Positions 36,201 through 49,100 of a stretch of DNA of 64,000 bases are shown here, one piece after another; within the stretch, counting starts at the first letter, position 1; every line of letters begins with the position of its first letter. The translations under genes were made by a program, and so were the position numbers. A model generated the notes under the pieces. The model saw only the letters and a program-made list of their open reading frames with translations. It had not been told where the DNA came from and did not search any database. The stretch comes from Fistulifera solaris (lineage: Eukaryota), in NCBI GenBank assembly GCA_030295235.1, contig AP026131.1, positions 1,426,001 through 1,490,000 on the forward strand, in the 5' to 3' direction.

Positions 36201-36349
36201 TCCCTGCTATGCCAAATTACCGTGTTCACGATGAATACCTGGGCGACCTAAATTTGTCAAAGGGCGGACCCTACAGCTGTAAGTTCGCCCTCCGCTTCGC
36301 TGCTGGATTCGGAAGTCAAGTGGCGTTTGCGCTTTATGCCAAAGTTTAA
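33253..36349 (+). CDS. HMGS: HMG-CoA synthase fused to a C-terminal beta-ketoacyl synthase (KS) domain; two introns (~33472-33552, ~34397-34483) and several apparent indels
   Basis: HMGS motifs GKFTIGLGQ, EVGTET, NACYGGTAA, HAPYNKLVQKS, GNTYTAS, FSYGSG and GTYYL. KS motifs ITGTAAGLPG, GPNTQTNAACAGT, PFDKRRSGMLLG, SHETCT, KGYTGHPMG and GFG. The HMGS C-terminus and KS N-terminus share ORF 34524..35018. Confidence 0.92.
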
Positions 36350-37145
36350 TGGGCCGAAAGCTCCTTCTTGAAAAGAGTTTCTTTGGTCGGATTAAGGTGC
36401 ATGCTGTTGCAACATATCCTGGAGAGGTCTAGAGAATTGTTGCCCTATCAATGACCTTGCGCCGTATAACTTTTTGTTGTGAAAAGCAGGTGAGATGTTG
36501 CAGCCAAATTTAGCGCAATGAGCTGGCGTCTTCAAACAGAGTTGGGTAAATAAATAGCACTTTGCTTGATAACGTCTTTATTTGTGAGAAACCATTCGAT
36601 TGACTTCGCAAAAAAAGATGATCACGATTTTTGCACGGCTTCGCATGAAAACTACACACGACGTCAGCGTGGACACAAATTTGTCCATCTTATTTGCCAC
36701 GTTTCAAACTACAATAGTCGAAAAGAAGAAAATCTAAGCTAAGTTGGTTGCGTTTCAAGTTGCCGAGGAATTAAGACGTAGGTGTTATCAAACCATAGAG
36801 TATTACTTTGTCACGGAGAAGATCCAAACGAAGTCGAATCATGATGATGTATATTTACGGAAAGTGATAGGTCACTTTTTCACGGAGTAGCTTTACGAGA
36901 CAATTATACATAGATGAAAGTCAAAGCCGAATAGTTAGCTTACATTTCAGAAGATGCTCAGCAACAGCAATACGGGCTTAAATACGTAGCCGCGATCAAA
37001 ACGAATCGACAGAAGAAAACGATGTTCTCAATCTGCGAATTCAAGAGGGAAGAACCAAACCCGTCCGAGCCTGCATCATCTCATTGTTCGCCCTCTTCTC
37101 AAAACGAGCCAGCTTTTTCTCATTTCGACACATTAGACCATTATC

Positions 37146-37525
37146 ATGAAATTGACACCCATTTATCTCCAAGTTGCGGCCATTGTCATTACTGGCGTCA
37201 TGAAGAGTTACGCGGACGACACTGCCTCGGGTTTGGATCCTACCATTGCACCCACTGTAACTCCGGCACCGACTTCCACGGGCACCAACATTCCTACGAC
37301 GGTCCAGCCGACCCTAACTTCTTCCGATACGGTGTCGGATATTCCTTCATTGTTGTCTTCGGATACAATCTCGGATATTCCTTCCTTTTGGAGTCGGATG
37401 AAGCGTCCGATGTTCCTTCCACTCTCCCCACAACTTTGACCCGCAGTGATCAAGAAGACAGTGGAGGTGCGGCGATGACGACGGGGCTGTTCGGAATGCT
37501 CTTGTTGTCGATGGGTCTCTTTTGA
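37146..37525 (+). CDS. Small secreted Ser/Thr/Pro-rich, probably GPI-anchored protein; one frameshift near 37388
   Basis: Leader MKLTPIYLQVAAIVITGVMKSYA, SDxxSDIPS repeats and C-terminal SGGAAMTTGLFGMLLLSMGLF. Confidence 0.65.
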
Positions 37526-38235
37526 GATTGTTGATCGAATTATGAAAAAGATCATCTGGAAAGCTTCGAATTCCTCAGACATATATTCCAAGAAGACGAC
37601 GAATCCCATGTACAACTTACACAATAACCGACAGATGAATGAGTCGGTAAATGTAGTAATGCTCCGTAACAAATAGAACCGCCTGAAAGTACATTGTCTT
37701 TCAAGAGGCGCTCTTCTTGCTGATCGACACTAGACTTTTCAAAAGAACTAATGTTGCTTTCCTGTCCATGTAGTGCGAGCAGCTTATTTCACTCCAGTTC
37801 CCACTCAACGTCGAGGGAGCAAAAGGAAAAATCACAAGCATGTCTAGACGAGGAGCATTTTTGTCTAACGGTTTTTGTTGCTTCCACTGACTTTTCAATT
37901 CGAGAGACTGTCAACGAGTGTCGTCGTCGTCGGCTTTTCTCCGACATCTTTCTCTGTCGCTATTTCAGATTCCTGTACAGCATCAAGAGCTTTACTATTG
38001 AAGCGAAAGGAGGAGTTCACGAAGACAAAAAGAACGCAACATTCCGAACGTCGACGATTTTTATTGGCAGCTAGCACAAGATGGTTGTAGCTTGTAGCTA
38101 TAGCCGTCTGCAACACATCGTAAAGTGACCGGTTACCGTGACTGAGATGGGTTGTGCCCATTGCTGCTGCGACTTCTTACAGTTGTTTGCTACAGTATGT
38201 TGCTGGGTATGACTTTTATTTTTTCATTCGATCTC

Positions 38236-38705
38236 CATAGGAGTAAGTAGAAACCCTGGGATGGAGATATGTCTGTTCTCGACCGTTTTTTACGCGATAC
38301 TCCGTCTTGTGAGCTTATCTGTCATTGTACACAGTGCGACATTGGTCGAAAATGGGTCGAATATCGAAGTCGAGGATGCCGCACCGTGTAATCATCACGG
38401 CAAAATGATCGATCTTTGCATGTCAATAACGTAATCAAAGTATGGTCCGACTTTTGGCCGTCATTGCAAATCTTTCTTTCTTAATATTTCAAAACAATTT
38501 AGTATCACGGCCAAGGGTCGGACCATACTTTCGTATTAAGGTAGGCCCACTAAGGTCAGCCTTTTGTCGTGCTGTTACGCGGTGAAAATTTCGCAGCAGC
38601 AGCGCAAAAGGGTCTGACGACGGACAAACGTTAGTTTAAGCGGTGAAACTATCAACGGTTGAAAACAGACATATCTCCATCCCAGGGTTTCTACTTACTC
38701 CTATG
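38236..38705. mobile_element. 470-bp MITE, P-element-superfamily-like (CATAGG ends, 7-bp TSD CGATCTC)
   Basis: ~50-bp TIR cataggagtaagtagaaaccctgggatggagatatgtctgtt at both ends. cgatctc at 38229-38235 and 38706-38712. Internal IR at 38437-38464 / 38504-38531. Confidence 0.92.
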
Positions 38706-38754
38706 CGATCTCATCTCATTATCATTCGATGATGTTTTCTTTCAACCCGCTTCA

Positions 38755-39455
38755 TACACTCTTGTTGCTTTACATTCCTTCTTTAAAACCAATTGAGAGC
38801 GTAAGAATTGAGGGCTATTCAATACAGCAATCAACGAGCGCAATAAGAGACGACAATGTATAAACTCGCACAATTTCTCGATCAATACGCTCTTTCTGTC
38901 GGAGCTTACTGCTTCGTTCTCATTAATCTATGCAGCTTGCGTGCGATTCTGCTGATCATTTGATTTGATTTTACTTGATTAGCTTGAGATTGCATCAGAA
39001 GAGAAAAGGAAGCAAGAAGAAACACAACAAGCGGACAGTTGCTGTCTCGGCTTCGACGTTTTTGTGCATTCGACAACTACGAAAGGATTCCTTTCATTCA
39101 TTCTTGTTGCTTTTCATTCGCTCTCATTATTTACACCTGGTGGAAGTGCAAAGAATAGGGTACTACAATACATCACTGACGCATCAATCAACGAGCGAAA
39201 ATAAAAGACGACAAAGTAAAAAATCGAAAGAGTTCGCGATCAATGCGATTTCCCTGTCGCTGCTGGTTAACTCGAACGCCTTGCTGTTTCATTCCCATTA
39301 TGTCCAGCAACTCGCGTGCGACTTCTTGACTCTGTAAATTAGCCGGCTATTGCACAAGCAGAAGCAACAATCAACACGAGAAGCGAGTCAACGATATTTC
39401 ATCGTTACACTCGATTGGGATTCTACAACTACGAAAATCGACTCCTTTTCTTTGA
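38755..39455. repeat. Degenerate ~350-bp tandem duplication
   Basis: Shared blocks tcttgttgcttt, caatcaacgagcg..aataa.agacgacaa, cgatcaat and acaactacgaaa recur in order about 340-360 bp apart. Confidence 0.6.
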
Positions 39456-39504
39456 CGGTCCTTTTCACATCCGTTCTACATATGAATTAATCTTCCTATG
39501 AATC

Positions 39505-42500
39505 CTAAAAGGCACCCGCTTCCGCCATGTCCAAATCACCCGTCGACATGACATCGTAAATGCAAGATTCGCGCGTCTCTTCCGACCAGTCAGCGCAAGC
39601 CATCGCGGCATCTTCGAAGCTCACCAACGATTCCGACATGCGACGATTCATCAAGGCCAAAGGAGTGGGCATCTGGCACAACTGAGGATATTGCGGGCCT
39701 TCGACTTTCTGGAACAAGTTGCCGTCGGTGTCATGAACTTGCCAGCTCAATCCGAATTCATTGTGATCGGCGTGAACTTGACCGTTGCGTCCAATGAGAC
39801 TACCGTCCGTGAACGCACCCATAAGACCGACACTATCACCAAAGCCGTCACTGTGGGCGTTATCGACTTCGACGGCCAAGAACTCGTTGAAGACCTTGAT
39901 GACAATCACACCCATGTGTCCCAAATCAATCTCGAACTTGTGACGCTTGGTACCGAAGTGGGTCAAAGTCAGAGGGAATCCACCGACGGTGGCGGGCAAT
40001 TCGGCACCGGCAACACCGTTCAGGTAGTAGTAAGCACGAGTGCCGACTTCCAAAACATCATTGCCGATGCGAACCGCGGCATCCGAGATGAACGACCAGT
40101 CGTCACGGATCTTGGTGCGAATGTGCAAGTCGAGACCGGCTCCGTTGTGGAAGGTGGGAGTCTTGACCAACACCAAATCACAAGCACCGTGGAAATCGTA
40201 AACTTCTCCCATCCAAGTCTTCAAGTGAGGATCACCGTAACCACCGCCTGATTCGCCGTCGCCAATCGAGTTGGCCGTGGGGAAACCGACCGTAGGATCG
40301 TTATCAATCGTCGAGCCAGTGGGAGCAGCAACCGGGGTGGAGCTGACTTCGGTCGGCGATGCGACAGGTGTGTCTTCGGGAGTGCCTTCCGGAACGAGGC
40401 ATTCGGGGTAGTCCATGGAAGCACCGATGACCGTCGATGCGGTGTTGTTGAGCGAAATGCTGCCGGAGTAACCCCAGTCAGCGTGAATCTGAATGTTCTC
40501 TCCAGTGGCGCCCTCAGGGAGCTCGAAACAACCTTCCCATGTAATGACCTTGCCGTTGGGGTCGCGCGTGAGAGTGATTCCAGGAGCTAGGGGCTGAATG
40601 GCACTGTCCGAGCACGAGTAATCCTTGAACCAGGCCTCGGTGTTGCCAAGTTGAATTCCGGGAGCGGCTTGGACTTTGATGCACATCGCACCCGCCTTGC
40701 AATCGGCAAGGCAGTAAGCAGCGGCTGTTTCCACAAACTCAGGGGCTGTGGTGTCGTTCTTGCCGGCGTTGAAAATCTTGAAGCACTCCTTGTATTTCTC
40801 GGGTGTGGCAATGAGGTTGGAACTGGTAAAGTTGAGGACTGGTCGGACTTCGTTGCAATCCATGACACCATCTCCGTCCGAATCAATATCAAGCTCTTCG
40901 CATCCGCAAATTCCAGCATCAGTTTTGTCAGGGTTCAAAGGGCATTCGTCCTCACAGTCATAAACGCCGTCTCCGTCTGTGTCGACGTCGGTGGTCTTGG
41001 AGGGGTCCATGGGACATTTATCATTACAGTCAGGTGTTCCATCATTGTCCGAATCCGTGTCTTGAACATCGCATCCGCATACCCCAGGTTCGATCTTGTA
41101 AACGTCGTCAACACACAAATCATTGCAGTCAGGCGTTCCATCGCTGTCCGTATCCGTCTCCGGCTCGCCGCATCCGCATAGTCCTTCCTCTGTCGTCTTC
41201 TCGGGATCGTTGGGGCAAACATCATCGCAATCGAGAACTCCGTCCGAATCACTATCCACATCCGGCGAACCGCAACCGCATGTTCCTGGTTCTGTTTTGT
41301 CAGCGTCTTCAGGGCACTTGTCATTACAGTCGGGGACTCCGTCGTTGTCTTTATCATTATCCGGTGTGCCACATCCACACGCCCCAGGAGCGATCTTCGA
41401 AGGGTCGCTTGGACAATCATCATCACAATCAGGGGTTCCGTCGCTGTCAGAATCCGTGTCTGCTACGTTGCAACCACAGACGCCTAGATCGTTCTTTGTG
41501 GGATCATTGGGGCAGGAATCTTCATGGTCGCATTTTCCATCAGCGTCGGCGTCCGCATCAACCATGCCGCACCCACATTTGCCTGGGTCGGTCTTCTTGG
41601 GGTCCGCAGGGCACTTGTCGTTGCAATCAGCCGTTCCGTCATTGTCCGCGTCCACATCCGTCTTGCCACAGCCGCACTGCCCTGGGGTAATCTTTCCTTG
41701 ATCAACAGGGCACTTGTCGTTACAGTCAGGAACACCATCTCCATCTGAATCAACGTCTGATGTTCCACAGCCACATTCCCCTGGCGTAATCTTGTTGGGA
41801 TCGGCGGGGCATGTATCCAAACAGTCTGGCGTACCATCACCGTCCGTGTCCGTTTCCATTTGGCCACAACCGCACTTTTCTGGGCAGGTTTTTACAGGAT
41901 CGTTAGGGCACCTGTCCTGGCAATCCACTGTTCCATCACCGTCCGAGTCTTTTTCAGATTGACCGCATCCACAAATTCCTGGAACGATCTTGCTAGCATC
42001 TTGAGGACACTGATCAACGCAGTCAGGGGTTCCATCTTTGTCAGAATCGACATCCGAAAATCCACAGCCGCACACCCCTGGGGCGATCTTTTTAGGATCA
42101 TCAACGCAATCATCGTCGCAATCCATGGTGCCATCCTTGTCCGAATCCTTGTCTGGCTCTCCACAACCACACACCCCTGGAGCAACCTTGGTCTTGTCGA
42201 TGGGGCATGCATCTATGCAATCCGGTGTTCCGTCAAGGTCAGAATCTGTTTCACTCACACCGCAACCACACTTGCCCTTCTTGTTCTTGTTGGGATCCAA
42301 CGGGCACTGGTCGTTGGCATCACATGTTCCATCGTTGTCCGAATCTTGCTTGCCACATCCACAGAGGCCTGGCTCAATCTTCGTAGGATCATCTTGACAG
42401 GCGTCTTTGCAGTCAGGGGTTCCATCTTTGTCGCTATCAACATCACTGACTCCGCAACCGCACACGCCTGGTTTCGTCTTGAGAGGATCGCGCGGGCATT

Positions 42501-44078
42501 CGTCTTTGCAGTCGGCCGTTCCGTCCAAGTCCGAATCTCTGTCTGAAACACCGCATCCACAAATGCCAGGCGTAATTTTGAGGTTGTCCGAAGGACATCC
42601 ATCTTTGCAGTCAGGTGTTCCGTCCGTGTCTGAATCTCGATCCGGAACTCCACATCCGCACTGCCCGGGAGTAAGTTTGGTTCGATCTCGAGGGCATCCA
42701 TCCTTACAGTCAGGCGTTCCGTCGCCGTCCGAATCCACCTCTGAAGCTCCGCATCCGCAATGTCCTGCGCATGTTGTCTTGTTTCTATCGTTGGGGCATA
42801 CATCCAAACAGTCAGGCAAACCGTCACCGTCCGTATCCGTTTCCGGTCGGCCACAACCACAGCGTCCGGCACTTGTAGTCTTGAGGGGATCGTTGGGGCA
42901 GACATCAAAACAGTCCAAAGTTCCATCGCGATCCGTATCAATGTCTTGGCGTCCACAACCACATCTAGGACACGCTACCAACTGAGCAGCACATCCCGTT
43001 TGCAATTGAGCTTCGGTGGCAGCACAAGTGCAGCCCTTGAGACCGCTGGTAGTGGAAACGAATCGGTTGTTGGGGCAAACATCGCAAAAGTCGGGCACAC
43101 CGTCTCTGTCAGTGTCAATCTTGTCGTCGCCTCCAGCGCATCTGTCACATCCATCAGGGATGCCGTCTCTGTCGGCGTCCATTCTGTCATTGTGTCCAGG
43201 GCAACGGTCAACACAATCCGCAACACCATCACGGTCCGTATCTGTATCCGGGACTCCGCAACCGCACTGCCCTGGCTCCATCTTGTTGGGATCCAAAGGA
43301 CACTTGTCGTTGGGATGAACACCGCAGCATTCGCCTTTGGTCCAGTCACAGCACATTTTGCCATTCAACTTTGTGGAGCGGACGTAAGGGCACGCACGTT
43401 CCCAGTAGGACCAGTAAGCTTTCTCCTGGGACCAATTCCACGTCGGGTTTCTGGCCTTGACATCGTAGCGAGTGCCGTGGTCTCTGATCAAATAATCTTT
43501 CGTGTTAGGACCCCAGGGAGAATAATCGCTTCTCTTGCAGTCGACCAACACATCATGTTCACGCATGTGCCCTCCGCCAGTTCCTTTCGGACCGTACCAG
43601 GCGCTCGAATCAATGGTGATGCGCACCCATGGGTTGGTTGGCGAACAAGTGCGATGACAGATGGTCACACGACGAGAGCCGCATTTGCTGCTGCCATCTG
43701 GATCGGCAAGTCCATAACTGTCTTCTGGGTTGCAAATTCCTGTAAATATAGCGCCATCTGAGCCGTTGTCGTTGAGTTCCGAGCACACTAGCCCGGAAGC
43801 GCACGCCATGCCCTTGACACTTGTATACTTGTCGGCATTCGTGTTGTAAGTAACTTGACAAGATTGACCTTGAGTTCTCGCGGGAGCGCAACCGGAAAAG
43901 CTCTTTGTACTGGAATTTCGGAGAAAGCGCGGCGTCACCTGTGATGAAAAAGGAAAAGCACTGTCAGGATTCACGGTTCGCGTGCAAATGTTTTTTTTCA
44001 AAGGCTCGCACTTACCTGAGCATCTGCAACAGAGTTGAGGAGAGCCGCAGCGAACAGCAAATTGCTGATGAATTTCAT
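39505..44078 (-). CDS. Large secreted protein with ~22 thrombospondin-type-3-like Asp/Cys repeats and a C-terminal GDPH/VWD-like domain
   Basis: Exon 1 44078-44016 encodes the signal peptide MKFISNLLFAAALLNSVADAQ; GT-AG intron to 43939. Repeat unit DxDxDGxxDCxDxCPxDPxKxxPGxCGCG. C-terminal GDPHLKTWMGEVYDFHGACDLVL. Confidence 0.9.
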
Positions 44079-44886
44079 TCTTTGCTTTGATATTGTTTAC
44101 TCAAAGAGAAAGGAAGAGGAAAACGAGGACAACGTTTTGTTGATTTCAAAAGTTGTGAGGCAAAGTCGGTTCTCCGTACAAAGTCATTGGGCACGAAAGG
44201 GAAGACGGGTAGTGAATACGGATGACCTGTCGGGCTTTGTTGATAAGGACTAGTCTTTTGTTTTCTTTATAGTTTCTCAGTCTTGCTCTTTATTATTCCA
44301 GCAACATTAGTATTATTTCGTCCCTTCCTGAATCACTAATCCTTGATCACTGATTAGTTTCATTGTGGAAAATGAAGTACATGCAAGATCTATGATAAAA
44401 CGATGGGTTCACTGTTTACGACTTTGTGTACGAAAACGATTTTTGGCACGATCGCTTCCATAAATATCTTGGGGTTTTACAGGCAACAAGTGACTCTCAG
44501 ACACGTGGAGTTACATGTACTATACAATTTTGTGATATCAAGGGAATAAGGGCCTTGAAGTGTTTTTTCGCCTCTACTACGCACTCGACACTCCACATTC
44601 AGCTGACTACTGCGGACAAATTTTGTCAGCTTTCGCTACATTGCACTATCGGGCTCATTTTTGTACGATCGCCTTGGGTATTCTAGTATTAGCTTTAATG
44701 TTGAGCATGTATCACGGCTGACGGCTGACGGCTGACTAAGACCTCGCAATTGCCAGCGAATTTTCAATCTTCTAAAGACCAGTTGTTACATAACGGAGAT
44801 ACCAGGTGGAGAATGGAGAAGAGTCAAGAGTCAAGTCACGCGCATCGCGGATCGTGATCGTAACGCGAAGACAAACAAATACTCTG

Positions 44887-45754
44887 GAAACGACGTTAAA
44901 ATTCTGCCTCGCCGTAGGCTCTACCATTCGGGTCAAATGAGTTTCTGAGTACTGTAAAATATATAGGACACGATTACTATATACATTAGTGTATTTTTAC
45001 GACAGAAATCGTATACCGTGTCAAAATCGACCGTTTTTTCCTCCTCCGCACCACGATGATATCGCGGTTAAACCATGGTCTTTCGACGATGCACATTGGA
45101 GTTGTTTGTGGTGCTGCTTGTGTCGTTTTGCACCATTCGAACAAACGACGTAAGAGCGACAGAACGGTGCGGCCACGCAACAGCAGCTTGATAGATTGCG
45201 GAGATTTATGATCGCCTGTGGAGGACAGGAAAAATTCCTCCCGACACAACGATCTCAGCCTTCGATACCGAAATGAAGGTTCTCTTTGGATTTCTTTCAT
45301 CAATGGGTATCGTTTATAGTAATTTACACTATTTCTAAGTTTTGTTATGAGAGATGGACTTTAAGCACCTTTTTGCTTTAAATGCATGTCGAAGCTCATG
45401 TTTCGTGCGACCAAACAGAACTCTGAAAACTCGGCACTCTGTGGTTCTCCTTGTGATGTTTTGCGCCATTCTATCAACCTGCTCTCGTTTGTTCGAATGG
45501 TGCAAAACGACACAAGCAGCACCACAAACAACTCCAATGTGCATCGTCGAAAGACCATGGTTTAACCGCGATATCATCGTGGTGCGGAGGAGGAAAAAAA
45601 CGGTCGATTTTGACACGGTATACGATTTCTGTCGTAAAAACACACTAATGTATATAGTAATCGTGTCCTATATATTTTACAGTACTCAGAAACTCATTTG
45701 ACCCGAATGGTACGTAGAAAATTGTACTGAGAGGCAGAATTTTAACGTCCTTTC
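44887..45754. mobile_element. Family-A hairpin mini-element split by the 44924-45710 insertion
   Basis: Left half gaaacgacgttaaaattctgcctcgccgtaggctcTA and right half TAcgtagaaaattgtactgagaggcagaattttaacgtcctttc; joined, they match 5680-5758. Confidence 0.88.
44924..45710. mobile_element. 787-bp non-autonomous Tc1/mariner-like element with ~225-bp near-perfect TIRs and TA TSD
   Basis: TIRs at 44924-45148 and 45485-45710 (ccattcgggtcaaatgag...ctcatttgacccgaatgg). The TA duplication is confirmed by comparison with uninterrupted family-A copies. Confidence 0.93.
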
Positions 45755-46102
45755 CCCGTAACCTTACAGTACTGCATGAACAGATGACTGACTAATCTAA
45801 CACTCATGACTCATCACCCAAGACTATTAGGGAGTCGAGTTATCACCAACAAATTTCTAGGATTTATAAAAAAGTTGGTAGGTTACCATAAAGCAATACG
45901 AAGACACACTCGACGATCGACAATGATGCGAGAGGACTACTAGTAAGAGTAATTCAATCGATCCTCCACGTGAGTTGCCAGCCTATCATCGCCGCGCAAA
46001 GGATCAGAGAGTTTGGTCTACCCCGATTAAAGACGGCGAAATCACAAAATGTCATGTTATTTTTTTGCTGATCGGTTTTTAAAGAGAAGCTAAACAGAGA
46101 AA

Positions 46103-49100
46103 CTAGAAAACCCCCAAAGCCGTCCGGGCACCTCCCTTTTCCAAGAGCTGAATGACGGCTCGTTTCTTGTCCTCTGACATTTCCACATCTTCTAAGGACT
46201 TCAGCAGTACGGCAACTTCTTTTTCTTTTTCTAAGTATTGAAACAAAATCTTCGCCAACTTTTCTTTGGGTAGTGACATAATGAAAGTCGTTCCTTCCTT
46301 GTACACCATTTTCGCGGCTAAAGCAGAGCTAATCGCATTTTTAATGTATTGCTTCGGGACTCTATCGTGCACTCGATCAAAGGCTAGATCAGCAATCGTC
46401 TTTGGTAAATGCATTTGAAACAGAGGCAAAAGAGCTTCCTGATCTGCTTCCGACAAAGAATCCAACGCAAGAGTCAGCGCATCGGTGGCCGCATTGATAC
46501 AGTTACTAATGACCTGAGAAATTTCGGGAAGCGAACCTCCGTGTGCCTCATATTCACGAAACAGAAGCTCCGCTTCCAGTTTGGCCAGCATGCGCAGCTT
46601 TTCCAACACTTCTTGCACAATTTGAGCCTTGTTGGCAACAAATTCTTCTTCCGACAACAGCATGGCAGCACAAATCTCGTACGACGATGTTATCACACCG
46701 CCCTTGTTGGCCGATGAATCTTTGACAATAACGACGCCGGCATCTTGAAAGAGCGAATTTCTGGCGTCTTTTGTGATGAAAAGATTGGCTCCTTCCACAA
46801 TGAGCGGTGCTGACGGACGTCCATCTGCCATAATAAAGTTCTTGTAATTGGAGCAATCAATCGTATTCGGACGTCCTCCGCATGGCAGGAATGCATCTGC
46901 TTGAAGTCGATTGTGCATCGTGTTGCGTGCTTTGGTTCCTTCAGGAGTGTCCGTTGTGTGCAATTTGCCCGACGGTCCGAGCTTAGTCGCGTCGAAATAG
47001 GAAATGCAAAGTGCCGAACTGACTAGTCGCAACAGCTCGTCGTGGTTCAGTCCATCCGGATCTTCTGCGCAACCGGAGTGGTCCGCAATGCCGACAATCT
47101 TAACATTTTCACCATATTCACGAACCAAAATTTTGATTTCATTGCCCGCAACATCTCCATCCGGACCGCCCGTCATCTTTACAGTGAAAGAGTTCTTTTC
47201 TGGATCGATTCCCAGCACGCGGCGAAGTGCGGTATCTAGATACACATTGACGCCTTCGCTTGTTACACCGAATTGTTTGTGATTGATCCCCGCCCTCGGC
47301 TTGCTGCTCATAAAAGCAGCTGGTGTGTTGTACCCTCGCTCCGAGGCTCGCTTCACAATCCATTCAATGTCCCCCGGAATGATCTGCTCGTCCGGACCCA
47401 AATAAAGAACTTCTGGTCGGCCTAAGCGATCAATAACAAACCTTTTGGTCTCCTCGGTTTCTACGATAAGATCCAAAATGGTATCAGTGAATGCTTTGAC
47501 CGATTTACGCATCACAAAGTATTTGCCAGAATCGTTCAATCCTGTTGTATTGATCAGCGCAACGGCTTTGGAACCTCCCTCGGGGCTGAGTTGGAAAAGC
47601 GTGGTTAGGATATTGCTACAACAATAAGTAAAAACTAGGATTTCGTACTTACATATCTTTGTTTTTTAGTTGTTGCGCAAATGCCAACCCATAGCATTCG
47701 TCGTATTGCCGAGCTGATTCCAGAGCATACAATTCCGTGTTGGCGGGTGTCACCAATCGCAGTCCTCCTCGACTGATATCACGGAATCGTACGTGAAAGC
47801 CGTTAAAACGACGACCGTGAACGAATAATACTCCAAACGGCAATTCAGCAGCATTTCCCGGTTCATGCATGACGGAAGGATCAAGCCGAAGACCCAATGC
47901 GTAACGATTTGGCATGTAGGCGTTCGTTTTTAGAGTGCGATCCACAATTTCAAGCATTTTGCTCAAAATCGAGGTAGCTACCTGATCCTCTACTTCCTTG
48001 GAAATCATTTGCGTCAGATCATCACGTCTACTTTGATACGATTCGCCACTCAAAGGATGATCCGGATGAAATCGATCGAGAAACAGGTCAGCAATCAATG
48101 CTGCATGGCCGATGTGTTGATGCACAACTTCGGCAATATTCGCTTTCGAATACGCCATCGTATTAATCTTGGTCAACACTGGATGGATCAAGGAGCACAT
48201 GGCCGTAATCACTTCTCCACGCGCAATTCCCAACCAAGGCTCTTTGCCAAACACCAAATCGACTGTATCCGGGTCCAACCATTTTGCGCGTTTAAGTTCT
48301 TGCGCCAATGTTTGCCAATCCGTCGTGGCATCGGCCGACAACAACGAGGTGGGGCTGATCAACGTCCGCAAAATCGTTACACTCCCGTTTTCACCATCCG
48401 GCACAATATCCAAACGTGCCCGCTGCACATCAAACTTGTGATGGTACAGCAACTGACACAGATTCTCCAATGCGACTTGCGGAATACTGTTCGCGACCGC
48501 CATTTCGACCCAATACAGCGGTCCACTCGTTGGTAAATGCATTTCGGGCGTTTGATCGGTCGCCAACCCAATGTGTACCGCCACTCCTTCGGTCCCCGAG
48601 ACTTCCGCAAACAACAACCGCTGCATACAAAATCGCGCCGGATTCATAAGACCAATTTGCACGTATGTCGGCCGACACATTTTCATGTATTCGACCAGCG
48701 ATTCTCTTTCCAATAAAGGCGACAACGGCAATTCTTCATCTACCACAATCCCCTGCTGCACATTGGCCGCATACTCTAAAATTGGTTCCGCCAAGGCCAT
48801 GACGTCCATGTCGACATCTTCATCGTGTACGGGTCGATGCCCGTACACAAACATATTCAAGCTCATCGTTTCATCCACGGTCGAAAAGACGTGCAATCGA
48901 CTGAGGGGCATTTCGAGACTGTACTTGTACGGCAATTCTTGCACCATGTGCAACAGCGTACCGGGAGCGGTGCCGGGACGAATGAACGTCAAGACGGTAC
49001 GACCATCGAGCGTATGCGATTTGAGATTGAGATAGAGGTCCATATTCGCATCCTTGACGGCCGCAATTGCTTTCATGTGATCCATGCGGTATCTTTCGGG

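Noticed and set aside
33253..36349. PKS beta-branching cassette or secondary-metabolite cluster
   Set aside because: No ACP, ECH or modular PKS nearby. The HMGS has eukaryotic mevalonate-type motifs and the KS keeps its Cys.
37700..38165. Short minus-strand ORFs next to the MITE
   Set aside because: No homology cues or consistent splice model.
40587..43891. Many overlapping 100-330-aa ORFs
   Set aside because: Shadow frames of the TSP3 repeat array.
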